Below, one piece after another: positions 21,295 through 30,098 of a DNA stretch of 64,000 bases; the stretch's first letter is position 1; each line of letters opens with the position of its first letter. This stretch comes from Parachlamydiales bacterium (lineage in GTDB: Bacteria; Chlamydiota; Chlamydiia; Chlamydiales; SM23-39). The notes under the pieces were generated by a model. The model was not told the DNA's origin. It searched no databases and saw only the letters and a list, made by a program, of their open reading frames with translations. The stretch spans positions 100,157 through 164,156 of the forward strand of contig JBNLAH010000001.1 in the NCBI GenBank assembly GCA_050302075.1, written 5' to 3'. Made by a program: the position numbers and the translations under genes.

Positions 21295-22039
21295 AATTAC
21301 ATAGCAATATTATTCCCAGCACTAAACAATACCAAGCAAATATTGAGAACCTCCCTTTTTTTAGGATAAAGAAAAAAAGTCGGATTGTCAAAAGGCCAGT
21401 TACAAATGAGCTTAATGCTGCTGCCAAATAAATCCACTTAAAGATAACATATTCAGATTTGGATTTCCACAATTCGAGCAAAAAGCCACCGGATATTGTT
21501 GGAATAGATAATAAAAAAGAAAAAATAACAGAGCTTGCTAGACTCCAACCTCTAAGTCTTGCTGCAGAGATTGTAGCGCCACTCCTGGATATCCCAGGAA
21601 GTAAGGCTATTGCCTGCATCGACCCAATAAATAAGAAGTCTCTTTTCTTTTTATTGCTTTCAGAAGTGTCGACTTTTGCATATGAAGAAATAAATAGCAA
21701 TAATGCCGAACAGCAGAAAAAAAATCCCATGAACTTCAAAGAAGAGAAGTGAAAAATAAGAGGTTTTAGAAAAAAATAAACAGGGATTAGAGGAATCAAA
21801 GCGAAAATTATGTTCTTTAGCTTAGAAAATGAGCATAAAACTTCCCTTATTTCAGAACGTAAATATAAAGCAACACAACCGAGCGTTCCAACGTGGCAGC
21901 TTAACTCCAACAATGGGGATGCATTATCCAGCTCTAAAAATTTTTTAAAAAAATATAGGTGAGCAGATGAGCTTACGGGGAAAAACTCAGTTATTCCCTG
22001 AACTACTCCAAGTAATACCGCTTTTAAAATTTCAGGCAT
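21287..22039 (-). CDS. uppP: Undecaprenyl-diphosphate phosphatase
   Basis: GVVQGITEFFPVSSSAH and PGISRSGAT motifs; start placed at MPEILK. Confidence 0.95.
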   Translation of the reverse strand: MPEILKAVLLGVVQGITEFFPVSSSAHLYFFKKFLELDNASPLLELSCHVGTLGCVALYLRSEIREVLCSFSKLKNIIFALIPLIPVYFFLKPLIFHFSSLKFMGFFFCCSALLLFISSYAKVDTSESNKKKRDFLFIGSMQAIALLPGISRSGATISAARLRGWSLASSVIFSFLLSIPTISGGFLLELWKSKSEYVIFKWIYLAAALSSFVTGLLTIRLFFFILKKGRFSIFAWYCLVLGIILLCNYV

Positions 22040-22060
22040 GAAAAGTAGTTTTTGAAATTG

Positions 22061-22135
22061 GGCGATCGACGGGATTCGAACCCGCGACCTCTGGAACCAC
22101 AATCCAGCGCTCTAACCAACTGAGCTACGATCGCC
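22061..22135 (-). tRNA. tRNA-His (GUG)
   Basis: GGCGATCGTAGCTCAGTTGGTTAGAGCGCTGGATTGTGGTTCCAGAGGTCGCGGGTTCGAATCCCGTCGATCGCC; G-1:C73 pair, anticodon GTG. Confidence 0.97.
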
Positions 22136-22375
22136 ATAGGGCACATATTTTAATCGAATATATCTAATTACTGTCAACTCTATCATTGATCCACTATGGA
22201 TAAACTAAGCCTTATGTAGCCTGTACATCTGGTCATATAGAATAAAAGATCAAGATGACGAAAAACATTATATTAAAATATAAAAAAAAAGACCACTTTA
22301 AACTCACTAAAAGTAGCATCGCCAGCTCTAGTATTGTCATATTTAAAGTTTAAAAAAATTACAGCTAGTATGTTT

Positions 22376-23881
22376 TTAAAACACTAACTCCATATGCTTT
22401 TTTCTTGAATAGAGAACGGCGTAAAAAAATGAACCTATTAAAAACATTAATAGTAAGTTTAAGGAAAGGCCTTTATATATCAACGAATACTCACAGATTG
22501 TAGGAGGATATAAAATTATTCTAAGCAGAAATTTACAAAGGAAATTAACAAGATAAAACAAAAAAGGAGCGAATATCGCAAGTATTACTAAATAAAGCAA
22601 AAACGAAATAAATAAAGGTATAAATAAATTGTAAATTAAGCTGTATATCGGAAACTTTGAAAAATAAAATATTAAAACAGGTAAAAGAGGGAAGCTCACT
22701 GCTATATTAAGACTGATGGCACACCTGAAGTATTTTAAAACTCGATAAACATTTTTAGAGATTAGAGGAAGTTCTTTTTCGTTGTGATCTCGGATGATTT
22801 TTTTTAAAAAATCAAAAACTAAAGGGTAAAAAATAATAATAGAGCTATAGCTCAAGTAACTTAGCTGAAATCCGAGGTGGTAGGCATCATTTGGCATGAA
22901 TATTAAATTCAAAAGCATTGAAATGCCCATTAAGTTCATTGAAAAAGCATTTTTTGCAAATAATTTAGCTATAATATACATAACAACAAGTGTAAAAGCT
23001 CTGAAAACTGACGGTGTCATACCTATAAATAAAAAGTACAAAACAGCGACTATTACCAAAGCAACCAAGAAGCACTTTTTGGGAAGTATCTTATTTAGAA
23101 AAAATGAAAAAAAAGCAATTACTAGTGCAAAATGAAATCCTGAGATTGCAAGTACATGCGAAAGCCCTAGTCTTGCAAATGAAAACCTCAATAACTTGTT
23201 ATCAACTTCTCCTGTAATCAAAGAAGTTATAAGAGAATTTGAGAGGGGGTCTTTAAGTTTTTTAGATAGCATATACTTTAAGCTTTGTTTAAGCTTAAAC
23301 CTAATTTCATTGAGATTTATCCTTTTAAGGTCTTTTGACCACTTGAGACCTTTTTTTGGCTTGAATGAAATAAATCTATTGGAACAGTTTTTTAGAGTCC
23401 CTTCAACAAAATAATCATAGCTAGCATTCGGCCTTTCTTTACCCCTGAAAGCTATTGTACAGGAAATATTATTATAGTATTTCTCATCTGAACAAAATCG
23501 TACAAGTCTTCCCTTGTAAAGGTATAAATTTTTAGAAGGGGATCTTACTGATTCAATTTTAAAAAGACCGCTTCCTTTAATCAAAATATCAGAGCTTACT
23601 GATGTCGGAATATTTAATTGAAAGTTGATAAGTCCAATTAGTGGGATAAGCAAAGACAGTAAATATTTATCTCTATAGCGGCAGATGCTCCATAAAAGCA
23701 TGTGTGGTATTAACACTTTTAGAGTAAAAGTAGTCCCGAGCAAAAAAAGCAAGCTAAACCGAAGTGCTGGGTGTTTGAGAAAATATAAGTCTATTTCTTC
23801 AAACGGTTTTTTAAGTCGATATCTATATCTCGATTGATCAATCTTGCTCCACGCTGACCTAATATATACGAAAAAACCCAT
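22376..23881 (-). CDS. comEC: ComEC/Rec2 family competence protein without the C-terminal MBL domain; start uncertain
   Basis: GLSHVLAISGFH, PSVFRA and GFQLSY motifs; many TM helices. Confidence 0.88.
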   Translation of the reverse strand: MGFFVYIRSAWSKIDQSRYRYRLKKPFEEIDLYFLKHPALRFSLLFLLGTTFTLKVLIPHMLLWSICRYRDKYLLSLLIPLIGLINFQLNIPTSVSSDILIKGSGLFKIESVRSPSKNLYLYKGRLVRFCSDEKYYNNISCTIAFRGKERPNASYDYFVEGTLKNCSNRFISFKPKKGLKWSKDLKRINLNEIRFKLKQSLKYMLSKKLKDPLSNSLITSLITGEVDNKLLRFSFARLGLSHVLAISGFHFALVIAFFSFFLNKILPKKCFLVALVIVAVLYFLFIGMTPSVFRAFTLVVMYIIAKLFAKNAFSMNLMGISMLLNLIFMPNDAYHLGFQLSYLSYSSIIIFYPLVFDFLKKIIRDHNEKELPLISKNVYRVLKYFRCAISLNIAVSFPLLPVLIFYFSKFPIYSLIYNLFIPLFISFLLYLVILAIFAPFLFYLVNFLCKFLLRIILYPPTICEYSLIYKGLSLNLLLMFLIGSFFYAVLYSRKKHMELVF

Positions 23882-25071
23882 TGAGTTAATACGATAAGGC
23901 GGTTTTTAAATGTAACCAGATACATTATATGAACAATGCACCAAGCAAGCCAAGCTTTAAAGCCGCTAAATTTAAATTTTTTGAAAGTTCCAACAGCTTT
24001 TGTTTTTCCAATAGTAGCTAAAGATCCTTTGTCAAGGTACTTAAAAGGTTTTCTTTTGCTTTGAGGTATATTTCCTTTGATAATGTTTGCTACATATCTT
24101 CCTTGCTGAATTGCCACAGGGGCAAGTCCAGGAAGTGTTTTATTATTTTTATCAACTGCATGTGCAGCATCTCCAATAACAAAGATTTCAGGGTAGTTTG
24201 GAATTGTAAGATCTTTTTCAACGAAAACCCGTCCTTGATTGTCAAGCCTAACGTTAAGTGTTTTTAGTACAGAAGAGGCTTTGTTGCCTGCAGCCCAGAT
24301 AACATTTTTTGTTTCAATGAAGGTATCATTGATATTAACACCATCATTTGTAACATTGACAACTCTTTTACTTGTAAGTACCTTTACTCCAAACTTTTCT
24401 AGGTAATTTTTTGCCTTGTCTGCAAGATCCTTAGGAAAGGCCGGCAGTATTTGATTGGCCGCCTCAACTAAATAAATTTTTGTCTTTGTGGGGTCTATTC
24501 TACGAAAATTTTTTAACATTGTTTCATTTGCTATTTCAGCAATAGCTCCTGCTAACTCTACTCCTGTGGGACCTCCTCCAACAATTACAAAGTTCAAATA
24601 TTTTCGTGCCTCAGAAATGCTACCAGATCTTTCAGCTTTCTCAAATGAAATAAGTACTTTTTCTCTTATTTTTAAAGCATCGATGAGAGTCTTAAGACCA
24701 GGCGCGAACTCTTCCCATTCAGGATTGCTAAAATAAGAGTGCTTAGCTCCAACGGCTACTACTAAAAAATCATAAGAATAAATGTCACCATTCATAAGTT
24801 GAATCTGCTTTTTTTCTTTATCGATTTTTTCAACATGTCCCATTAGAACCGTTTGATTTGGATAATCCTTCAGGATTCCTCTAATCGGGGTAGCAATATC
24901 TGCTGGAGACAAAGCAGCTGTAGCTACCTGATACAAAAGTGGTTGAAAGAGGTGGTGGTTTGTTTTATCAATTAAGAGTACTTCAATATTTGCTTTTCCG
25001 ATTTTTTTTGCGGCATTTAACCCGCCAAATCCACCACCGATAATTATTGTTCTGGAGTTATTAATACTCAT
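23791..25071 (-). CDS. ndh: Type II NADH:quinone oxidoreductase
   Basis: GGGFGG, FQPLLYQVAT, GGGPTGVELAG, WAAG and A.Q.G motifs. Confidence 0.93.
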   Translation of the reverse strand: MSINNSRTIIIGGGFGGLNAAKKIGKANIEVLLIDKTNHHLFQPLLYQVATAALSPADIATPIRGILKDYPNQTVLMGHVEKIDKEKKQIQLMNGDIYSYDFLVVAVGAKHSYFSNPEWEEFAPGLKTLIDALKIREKVLISFEKAERSGSISEARKYLNFVIVGGGPTGVELAGAIAEIANETMLKNFRRIDPTKTKIYLVEAANQILPAFPKDLADKAKNYLEKFGVKVLTSKRVVNVTNDGVNINDTFIETKNVIWAAGNKASSVLKTLNVRLDNQGRVFVEKDLTIPNYPEIFVIGDAAHAVDKNNKTLPGLAPVAIQQGRYVANIIKGNIPQSKRKPFKYLDKGSLATIGKTKAVGTFKKFKFSGFKAWLAWCIVHIMYLVTFKNRLIVLTQWVFSYILGQRGARLINRDIDIDLKNRLKK

Positions 25072-25182
25072 TACATGTGCCTCTTTCCCTTCTTTTTTAA
25101 GCTAGATCTTACTTTTTAAAAATCTTTTCTTTAAAAAACATGAGAATTTTATTAGTATTATACATATAAAAATAGAATTTTT

Positions 25183-25986
25183 ATGAATTCACACGTAAAA
25201 CGTTTCTATCAACAAACCAATGAATGCTCAGAATTTGAGCATTTGTTTTATGAAGTTATTTATATCGAGAAGGGTACTAAGTTAACTTATGACAAGCTAA
25301 ACGAGATGGCTCCTGATTTACCTAGAGGATGGTTTGAGCTAAGCCAGCTTTCACATAAAGATAGAATAGAATTTTCTTTAGATTTTTGGTTGAAAACATT
25401 GCCATATCATCCAAAGCTTAATTCTTTTTTAGAAGAGTTTTTTAAGCATGTTGATGATATTGGAATATACCTTACAAAAGATGATCCAAATGCGCTATTT
25501 CGAACCGAGTTTGTATATAGTATTGAAAAGGATAAATGTTTTTTTAGAGGATTTCCTCCCGCGTCTGGAGATTTAATAACTGAAGTAAAAGGTGTGTTTT
25601 CAAATCGACTCCCAAAAGATTTTTGCAGATTTAACATGATTCATAATGGTTTTAAAAAACATACAGACACAGGTATACTTTTTCTTCAAAACATGAGAAA
25701 ATATGCGACTGAATTTCAACAAGCTCTAATAAATAGTGAAAAAATGATTACTTGCAAAGGAAGACATATCGATCCGAGTGCTTTGATTCCTTTTTATGAA
25801 TGTTTTGGTTTACACTCGTATCAATGTTTTTATGCAGACTGGTACCCTTTTGGCGAAATAGGCAATGTATATTTTTCTGGAATTGATTATACTATTTCAG
25901 ATTACCACAAAAAAGAAGCTAGTTTAGCTTTTTCTTCTTTTGCTGATTGGTTAATGTTTTATCTTGAGCAAGTAGAGTTTAAATAA
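25183..25986 (+). CDS. Conserved chlamydial protein with an SMI1/KNR4 (SUKH)-like C-terminal half
   Basis: LPKDF..F..IHNG, LIPF and terminal F.SFADWL pattern. Confidence 0.7.
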   Translation: MNSHVKRFYQQTNECSEFEHLFYEVIYIEKGTKLTYDKLNEMAPDLPRGWFELSQLSHKDRIEFSLDFWLKTLPYHPKLNSFLEEFFKHVDDIGIYLTKDDPNALFRTEFVYSIEKDKCFFRGFPPASGDLITEVKGVFSNRLPKDFCRFNMIHNGFKKHTDTGILFLQNMRKYATEFQQALINSEKMITCKGRHIDPSALIPFYECFGLHSYQCFYADWYPFGEIGNVYFSGIDYTISDYHKKEASLAFSSFADWLMFYLEQVEFK

Positions 25987-26094
25987 TGTGGTGATCTAGT
26001 TTTTGGTGAGAAGTTGATTACTAGTTTTTTGTATTGGCAAGCCTTTTTGAGGTAAATTAACTTTGATAGTGTCGTGAAGTAAAAAGAAATTCTC

Positions 26095-26367
26095 ATGAGA
26101 ATAACAAAGAAGTTAAAAATAAAAAATGACTTAGGATTGCATATTCGGCCTGCAACATACATTGCTAAGCTTTTACAGTCTTTTAAGTCTTCTGTGGAAT
26201 TTACTTATAAATCTGAGACAATCAATGCTAGAAGCATTATGAGTGTCTTAATGCTAGCTGCAAAGAAAAATGCTGTGATTAAAGTTACTGTGAGTGGAGA
26301 AGATGCAAAAGCTGTGATTGAGTGTTTAATCCATGCATTTGATAGTTATTTCGGAGAAAGAAATTGA
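26095..26367 (+). CDS. ptsH: PTS phosphocarrier HPr
   Basis: GLHIRPA (His15) and NARSIMSVL (Ser46). Confidence 0.96.
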   Translation: MRITKKLKIKNDLGLHIRPATYIAKLLQSFKSSVEFTYKSETINARSIMSVLMLAAKKNAVIKVTVSGEDAKAVIECLIHAFDSYFGERN

Positions 26368-28118
26368 CAACTAAAAATGAAATAATTCTAAAAGGTCTTC
26401 CTATAAGTGAGGGGATTTCAATTGGAAAGCCTTATCTTTTTCTTAAAGACGAAAATCCTATCCCAGACTTTGATATTTCCAAAGAAGAGGTTCAATCTGA
26501 GATAATCCGATATCGAGAAGCTATCAACCGTAGTGAAAAAGATTTGAAGAAACTTCAAACGAGCTTAAAAGAAGATGATTCTTACGAGGTGTTAGATATA
26601 CTCAGCTCACATTTGGAAATTCTTCAAGATCCTTTCATAACCTCTGAAATCGAAAAAAGAATTTGTAGTGAGTGCAGAAATAGTGAGTCTATCTTTCAGG
26701 ATTCAATTATTGAGTTTAAAGCAAAGTTCAAAAACATTGAAGATAGCTTTTTCCAAGAAAGAGTTAGAGACATAATAGATGTTTCTAGGAGAATTTTACA
26801 TCATTTAAGAAATGAGAATAGCTTGAAGGCAAAGAAAATTCCTTCACAATCAATTGTAATTTCATCAGAGCTTGTTCCTTCAGATATAGCAGAAATTAGC
26901 GAGAACCAAGTAAATGGTTTTATTACACAAAGAGGGGGAGCAACTTCTCACTCAGCAATTATAGCTAGGGCTAAAGAGATACCATATGTTGCAGGAGTTG
27001 ATATTTCATGCTTTAAAGATGAAAACATTGAAACCATAATTATTGATGGATCAAAAGGAAAAGTGATTGCAAACCCAACTCAAGAAAGGTTGGACTATTA
27101 CCAAAAACTAATTCAAGATAAAAAAGGATTTTATCAGAACTTAAAAGAAAGCACTATTAGTAAAACTGAAACTAAAGATGGCTTTTCCATTCGCCTATTT
27201 GGGAACATCGACTCAATCGATGAAATTGATCTAGTGCTAAAACATAATGCAGCTGGTGTAGGATTGTTTAGGTCTGAATACTTGTTCCTTGCAAATAACA
27301 GCTTTCCTACAGAAGAAGTTCAATTTCAAATTTATAAAAAACTAGTTAAAAAACTTAACTCTTTGCCTTTAGTTGTCCGCATTTTTGATGTGGGCGGAGA
27401 TAAAAGCATAAAAAATCATGACGAAATATTAAAAGAATGGAAAAATGAACTTAATCCAGTTTTAGGCTGTCGCGCAATCCGATTTTTAATGAAAAATCCA
27501 AAACACTTAAAGACCCAGTTAAAAGCGATATTAAGAGCCAGTTCACTAAGCAAAATTGGCATTTTAGTTCCAATGGTCTCTGATATCAGCGAACTGCTTT
27601 TTGTAAAAGATGCTATTAATTGCGTGAAAACTGAGATGCTAAACGATGGATTTCCTTTTAAAGGGAATGTTTCTTTAGGATGTATGATAGAAGTTCCATC
27701 TAGTGCAATTATGAGCGATGAAATTGCAAAACATGCTGATTTCTTATCAATTGGAACCAATGATTTGGTTCAATACGTTTTAGCAGCTGATAGAACAAAT
27801 CCTCAAGTCAGTGATATTTACTCACCTCTGCATCCTAGTATTCTTAGGTTAATCGTAGGTGTTGTTAAATCAGCCCAAAAATATAATAAACCATTAATTT
27901 TATGTGGGGAGGCTGCAGCTGATCCTAAGCTAATCCCAATTCTAATAGGGCTAGGAATAAAGGAATTTTCAGTCTCAGCTCAACATATTCCCATCATAAA
28001 CTATACTATTCAAAATATTTGCTTATCTAATGCAGTAAAACTTGCCGAAAAGGCTTTGGAACTTACAAGTTTCAAAAGCCTAAAAGAACTTGTCGAAAAT
28101 CAGTCTAATTTAAGTTAG
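26364..28118 (+). CDS. ptsI: PTS enzyme I
   Basis: GGATSHSAIIAR, GLFRSE, ELNPVLGCR and SIGTNDL; TTG start overlapping the ptsH stop. Confidence 0.97.
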   Translation: MTTKNEIILKGLPISEGISIGKPYLFLKDENPIPDFDISKEEVQSEIIRYREAINRSEKDLKKLQTSLKEDDSYEVLDILSSHLEILQDPFITSEIEKRICSECRNSESIFQDSIIEFKAKFKNIEDSFFQERVRDIIDVSRRILHHLRNENSLKAKKIPSQSIVISSELVPSDIAEISENQVNGFITQRGGATSHSAIIARAKEIPYVAGVDISCFKDENIETIIIDGSKGKVIANPTQERLDYYQKLIQDKKGFYQNLKESTISKTETKDGFSIRLFGNIDSIDEIDLVLKHNAAGVGLFRSEYLFLANNSFPTEEVQFQIYKKLVKKLNSLPLVVRIFDVGGDKSIKNHDEILKEWKNELNPVLGCRAIRFLMKNPKHLKTQLKAILRASSLSKIGILVPMVSDISELLFVKDAINCVKTEMLNDGFPFKGNVSLGCMIEVPSSAIMSDEIAKHADFLSIGTNDLVQYVLAADRTNPQVSDIYSPLHPSILRLIVGVVKSAQKYNKPLILCGEAAADPKLIPILIGLGIKEFSVSAQHIPIINYTIQNICLSNAVKLAEKALELTSFKSLKELVENQSNLS

Positions 28119-28122
28119 CCTG

Positions 28123-28413
28123 TTATGCTCCAAAAGGTAAAGATCCCATATCGCTTTGACTATCTACCTTCTTTGAAGCGCTATTAAAAGCAGCTATTAA
28201 TAGGTCTTTAAGTCCATCAATATCATCGGGATCAACACATTCAGGATTGATAGTTATGTCTTTAACTGCTTTCTCTCCATTCATCTTTATTTTAACTAAA
28301 CCACCACCAGCTTCTCCTTCCACTTCAATGCTTTGAAGCTGCTGTTTAATTTTGTCCATTTGTTGTTGCATCAACTTCGCTTGTTTTTTCATTTTTGAAA
28401 AACCACTTCCCAT
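28123..28413 (-). CDS. ybaB: YbaB/EbfC nucleoid-associated protein
   Basis: GEAGGGLVKI..G..DLLIAAFN; directly downstream of dnaX. Confidence 0.95.
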   Translation of the reverse strand: MGSGFSKMKKQAKLMQQQMDKIKQQLQSIEVEGEAGGGLVKIKMNGEKAVKDITINPECVDPDDIDGLKDLLIAAFNSASKKVDSQSDMGSLPFGA

Positions 28414-28415
28414 AT

Positions 28416-29906
28416 TTAGATCTCCTTTTTTTCAATTTTTAAGCTTCCTTCTAGTTCCACTGCAGCAAACCTCATAACCGTCTCATGATCAGAAAAAGAC
28501 AATGTTTGCTTTTTTTTATCTAGTTGAAAAGGAACACTTTGCAATTCAACTTTTTTTTCAACAGGGGTGTTATCTTCAGTTGATAGAGAGTTAACTTCTT
28601 TTTGATCCCTATCTTGTGTTTTTAACTTGTCAGTAGGCTTTACCTCTAATGTAGAGCTGTCTTGCTCTTTTGACATATCCTTCTGCAGCTTTTCTAAAAC
28701 TGGTTGAGGTTCCACCTTTTTAATAGGGTTTATTTCTATCTTAGAGTCTGTTTTTTCATTTTGATTGTCAAATGGTGTACTTAACTTATTTTCTAACTCA
28801 ATAAGACGATTGAAAAGATCAGCTAAGTTTGTCTTTTTTTTACTTTGAATAATCTTTATTAAGATCATTTCCAGAGTTACTTTTTTGAATGAACTTTTAG
28901 ATAGGTACTTTTCCATTTGCATTAGGTAATCTAAAATAAACTGAGTTTGTTCTATATTGTATAGTTTTGCAGCTTCAATATATTCTGGATCGCAATTTCT
29001 ATCTTGGGATATAAAAATTACTAATATGTTTCTATAGTGGTTTATCAACTCTTCTAAAAAATAATTTGGATCTAGACCTTTTTCAAATACTTGCTCAGAG
29101 AGTTTAAATGCATAAGTTATATCTACCTCTTTTACGGCTCTGTCTAAATCAAAGAATTTATCTTTTGGCATCAAGCCTAAAGCTTCTTGGACGGTAGCTG
29201 CATGTATTTCAGAATCTTCATAACATAGAATTTGCTCTAAGATAGACTCAGCATCTCGCATTGATCCATCTGAAAAATTAGATATTATTTTAAAAGCTTC
29301 ATCAGATACTTTTCTTTGGAGGGAGGTGGAAATTTTTAAAAGTTTTTTAATAATTTCGTTTTCACTAACTCTTTTAAAGTCAAATCTCTGGCATCTGCTT
29401 AAAATAGTAGGCAGCACTTTATGAGCCTCAGTTGTAGCAAAGAAGAATTTAACTTTTTCCGGAGGTTCTTCCAGGGTTTTTAAAAGGGCATTAAATGCCT
29501 CTTTAGTAAGCATATGCACTTCGTCGATGATGTATATTTTGTAATTACCTCTACTAGGGGTATAGCTTACAGTGTCATTGATTTGTCGGATATCGTCTAT
29601 TCCGCGATTTGATGCTCCGTCAATTTCAATCACATCTAAAGAGTTTCCTGAAGATATTTCTTTACAAGATGCGCAAGCATTGCAGGGTTCAAATTCGTTT
29701 GATGGTCTTTCACAGTTCAGAGCTTTTGCATATATTCTAGCAATTGTTGTTTTCCCAACTCCTCTAGGCCCACAAAAAAGATATGCATGAGCAGACAAGT
29801 TGTATTTAAGAGCATTTTGAAGCGTTTTAACGATGCTATTTTGCCCAATTACTTCAGAAAAATTATTAGGTCTATATTTTCTTGCGATAACCTGATGTTT
29901 TTGCAT
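28416..29906 (-). CDS. dnaX: DNA polymerase III subunit gamma/tau
   Basis: ARKYRP, GPRGVGKTT, IDEVHML, LKTLEEPP and SRCQ motifs. Confidence 0.98.
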   Translation of the reverse strand: MQKHQVIARKYRPNNFSEVIGQNSIVKTLQNALKYNLSAHAYLFCGPRGVGKTTIARIYAKALNCERPSNEFEPCNACASCKEISSGNSLDVIEIDGASNRGIDDIRQINDTVSYTPSRGNYKIYIIDEVHMLTKEAFNALLKTLEEPPEKVKFFFATTEAHKVLPTILSRCQRFDFKRVSENEIIKKLLKISTSLQRKVSDEAFKIISNFSDGSMRDAESILEQILCYEDSEIHAATVQEALGLMPKDKFFDLDRAVKEVDITYAFKLSEQVFEKGLDPNYFLEELINHYRNILVIFISQDRNCDPEYIEAAKLYNIEQTQFILDYLMQMEKYLSKSSFKKVTLEMILIKIIQSKKKTNLADLFNRLIELENKLSTPFDNQNEKTDSKIEINPIKKVEPQPVLEKLQKDMSKEQDSSTLEVKPTDKLKTQDRDQKEVNSLSTEDNTPVEKKVELQSVPFQLDKKKQTLSFSDHETVMRFAAVELEGSLKIEKKEI

Positions 29907-30098
29907 ATAAAATTCTTAACTTTGGATATTTATTATTTTTAGGGAAATTGCCTTTCTAGTCCAGGAAGAAACCACTGTGGTATTTTATTTAAAAATATAG
30001 CCCACACTAAACATAAATAAATAATATGAAGTTTAAGCTTGGAGTAAAATAAAATTTAAGGATATATTTCCGCGACTTTTAATAAAATTAAGGTAAAT

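Noticed and set aside
22040..22102. N-terminal extension of the uppP ORF
   Set aside because: Runs through tRNA-His; the real start is more likely ATG 22039
29907..30098. SRP RNA (ffs), which often lies upstream of dnaX
   Set aside because: GTCCAGGAAGAAAC only loosely resembles the SRP core and there is no long GC-rich stem
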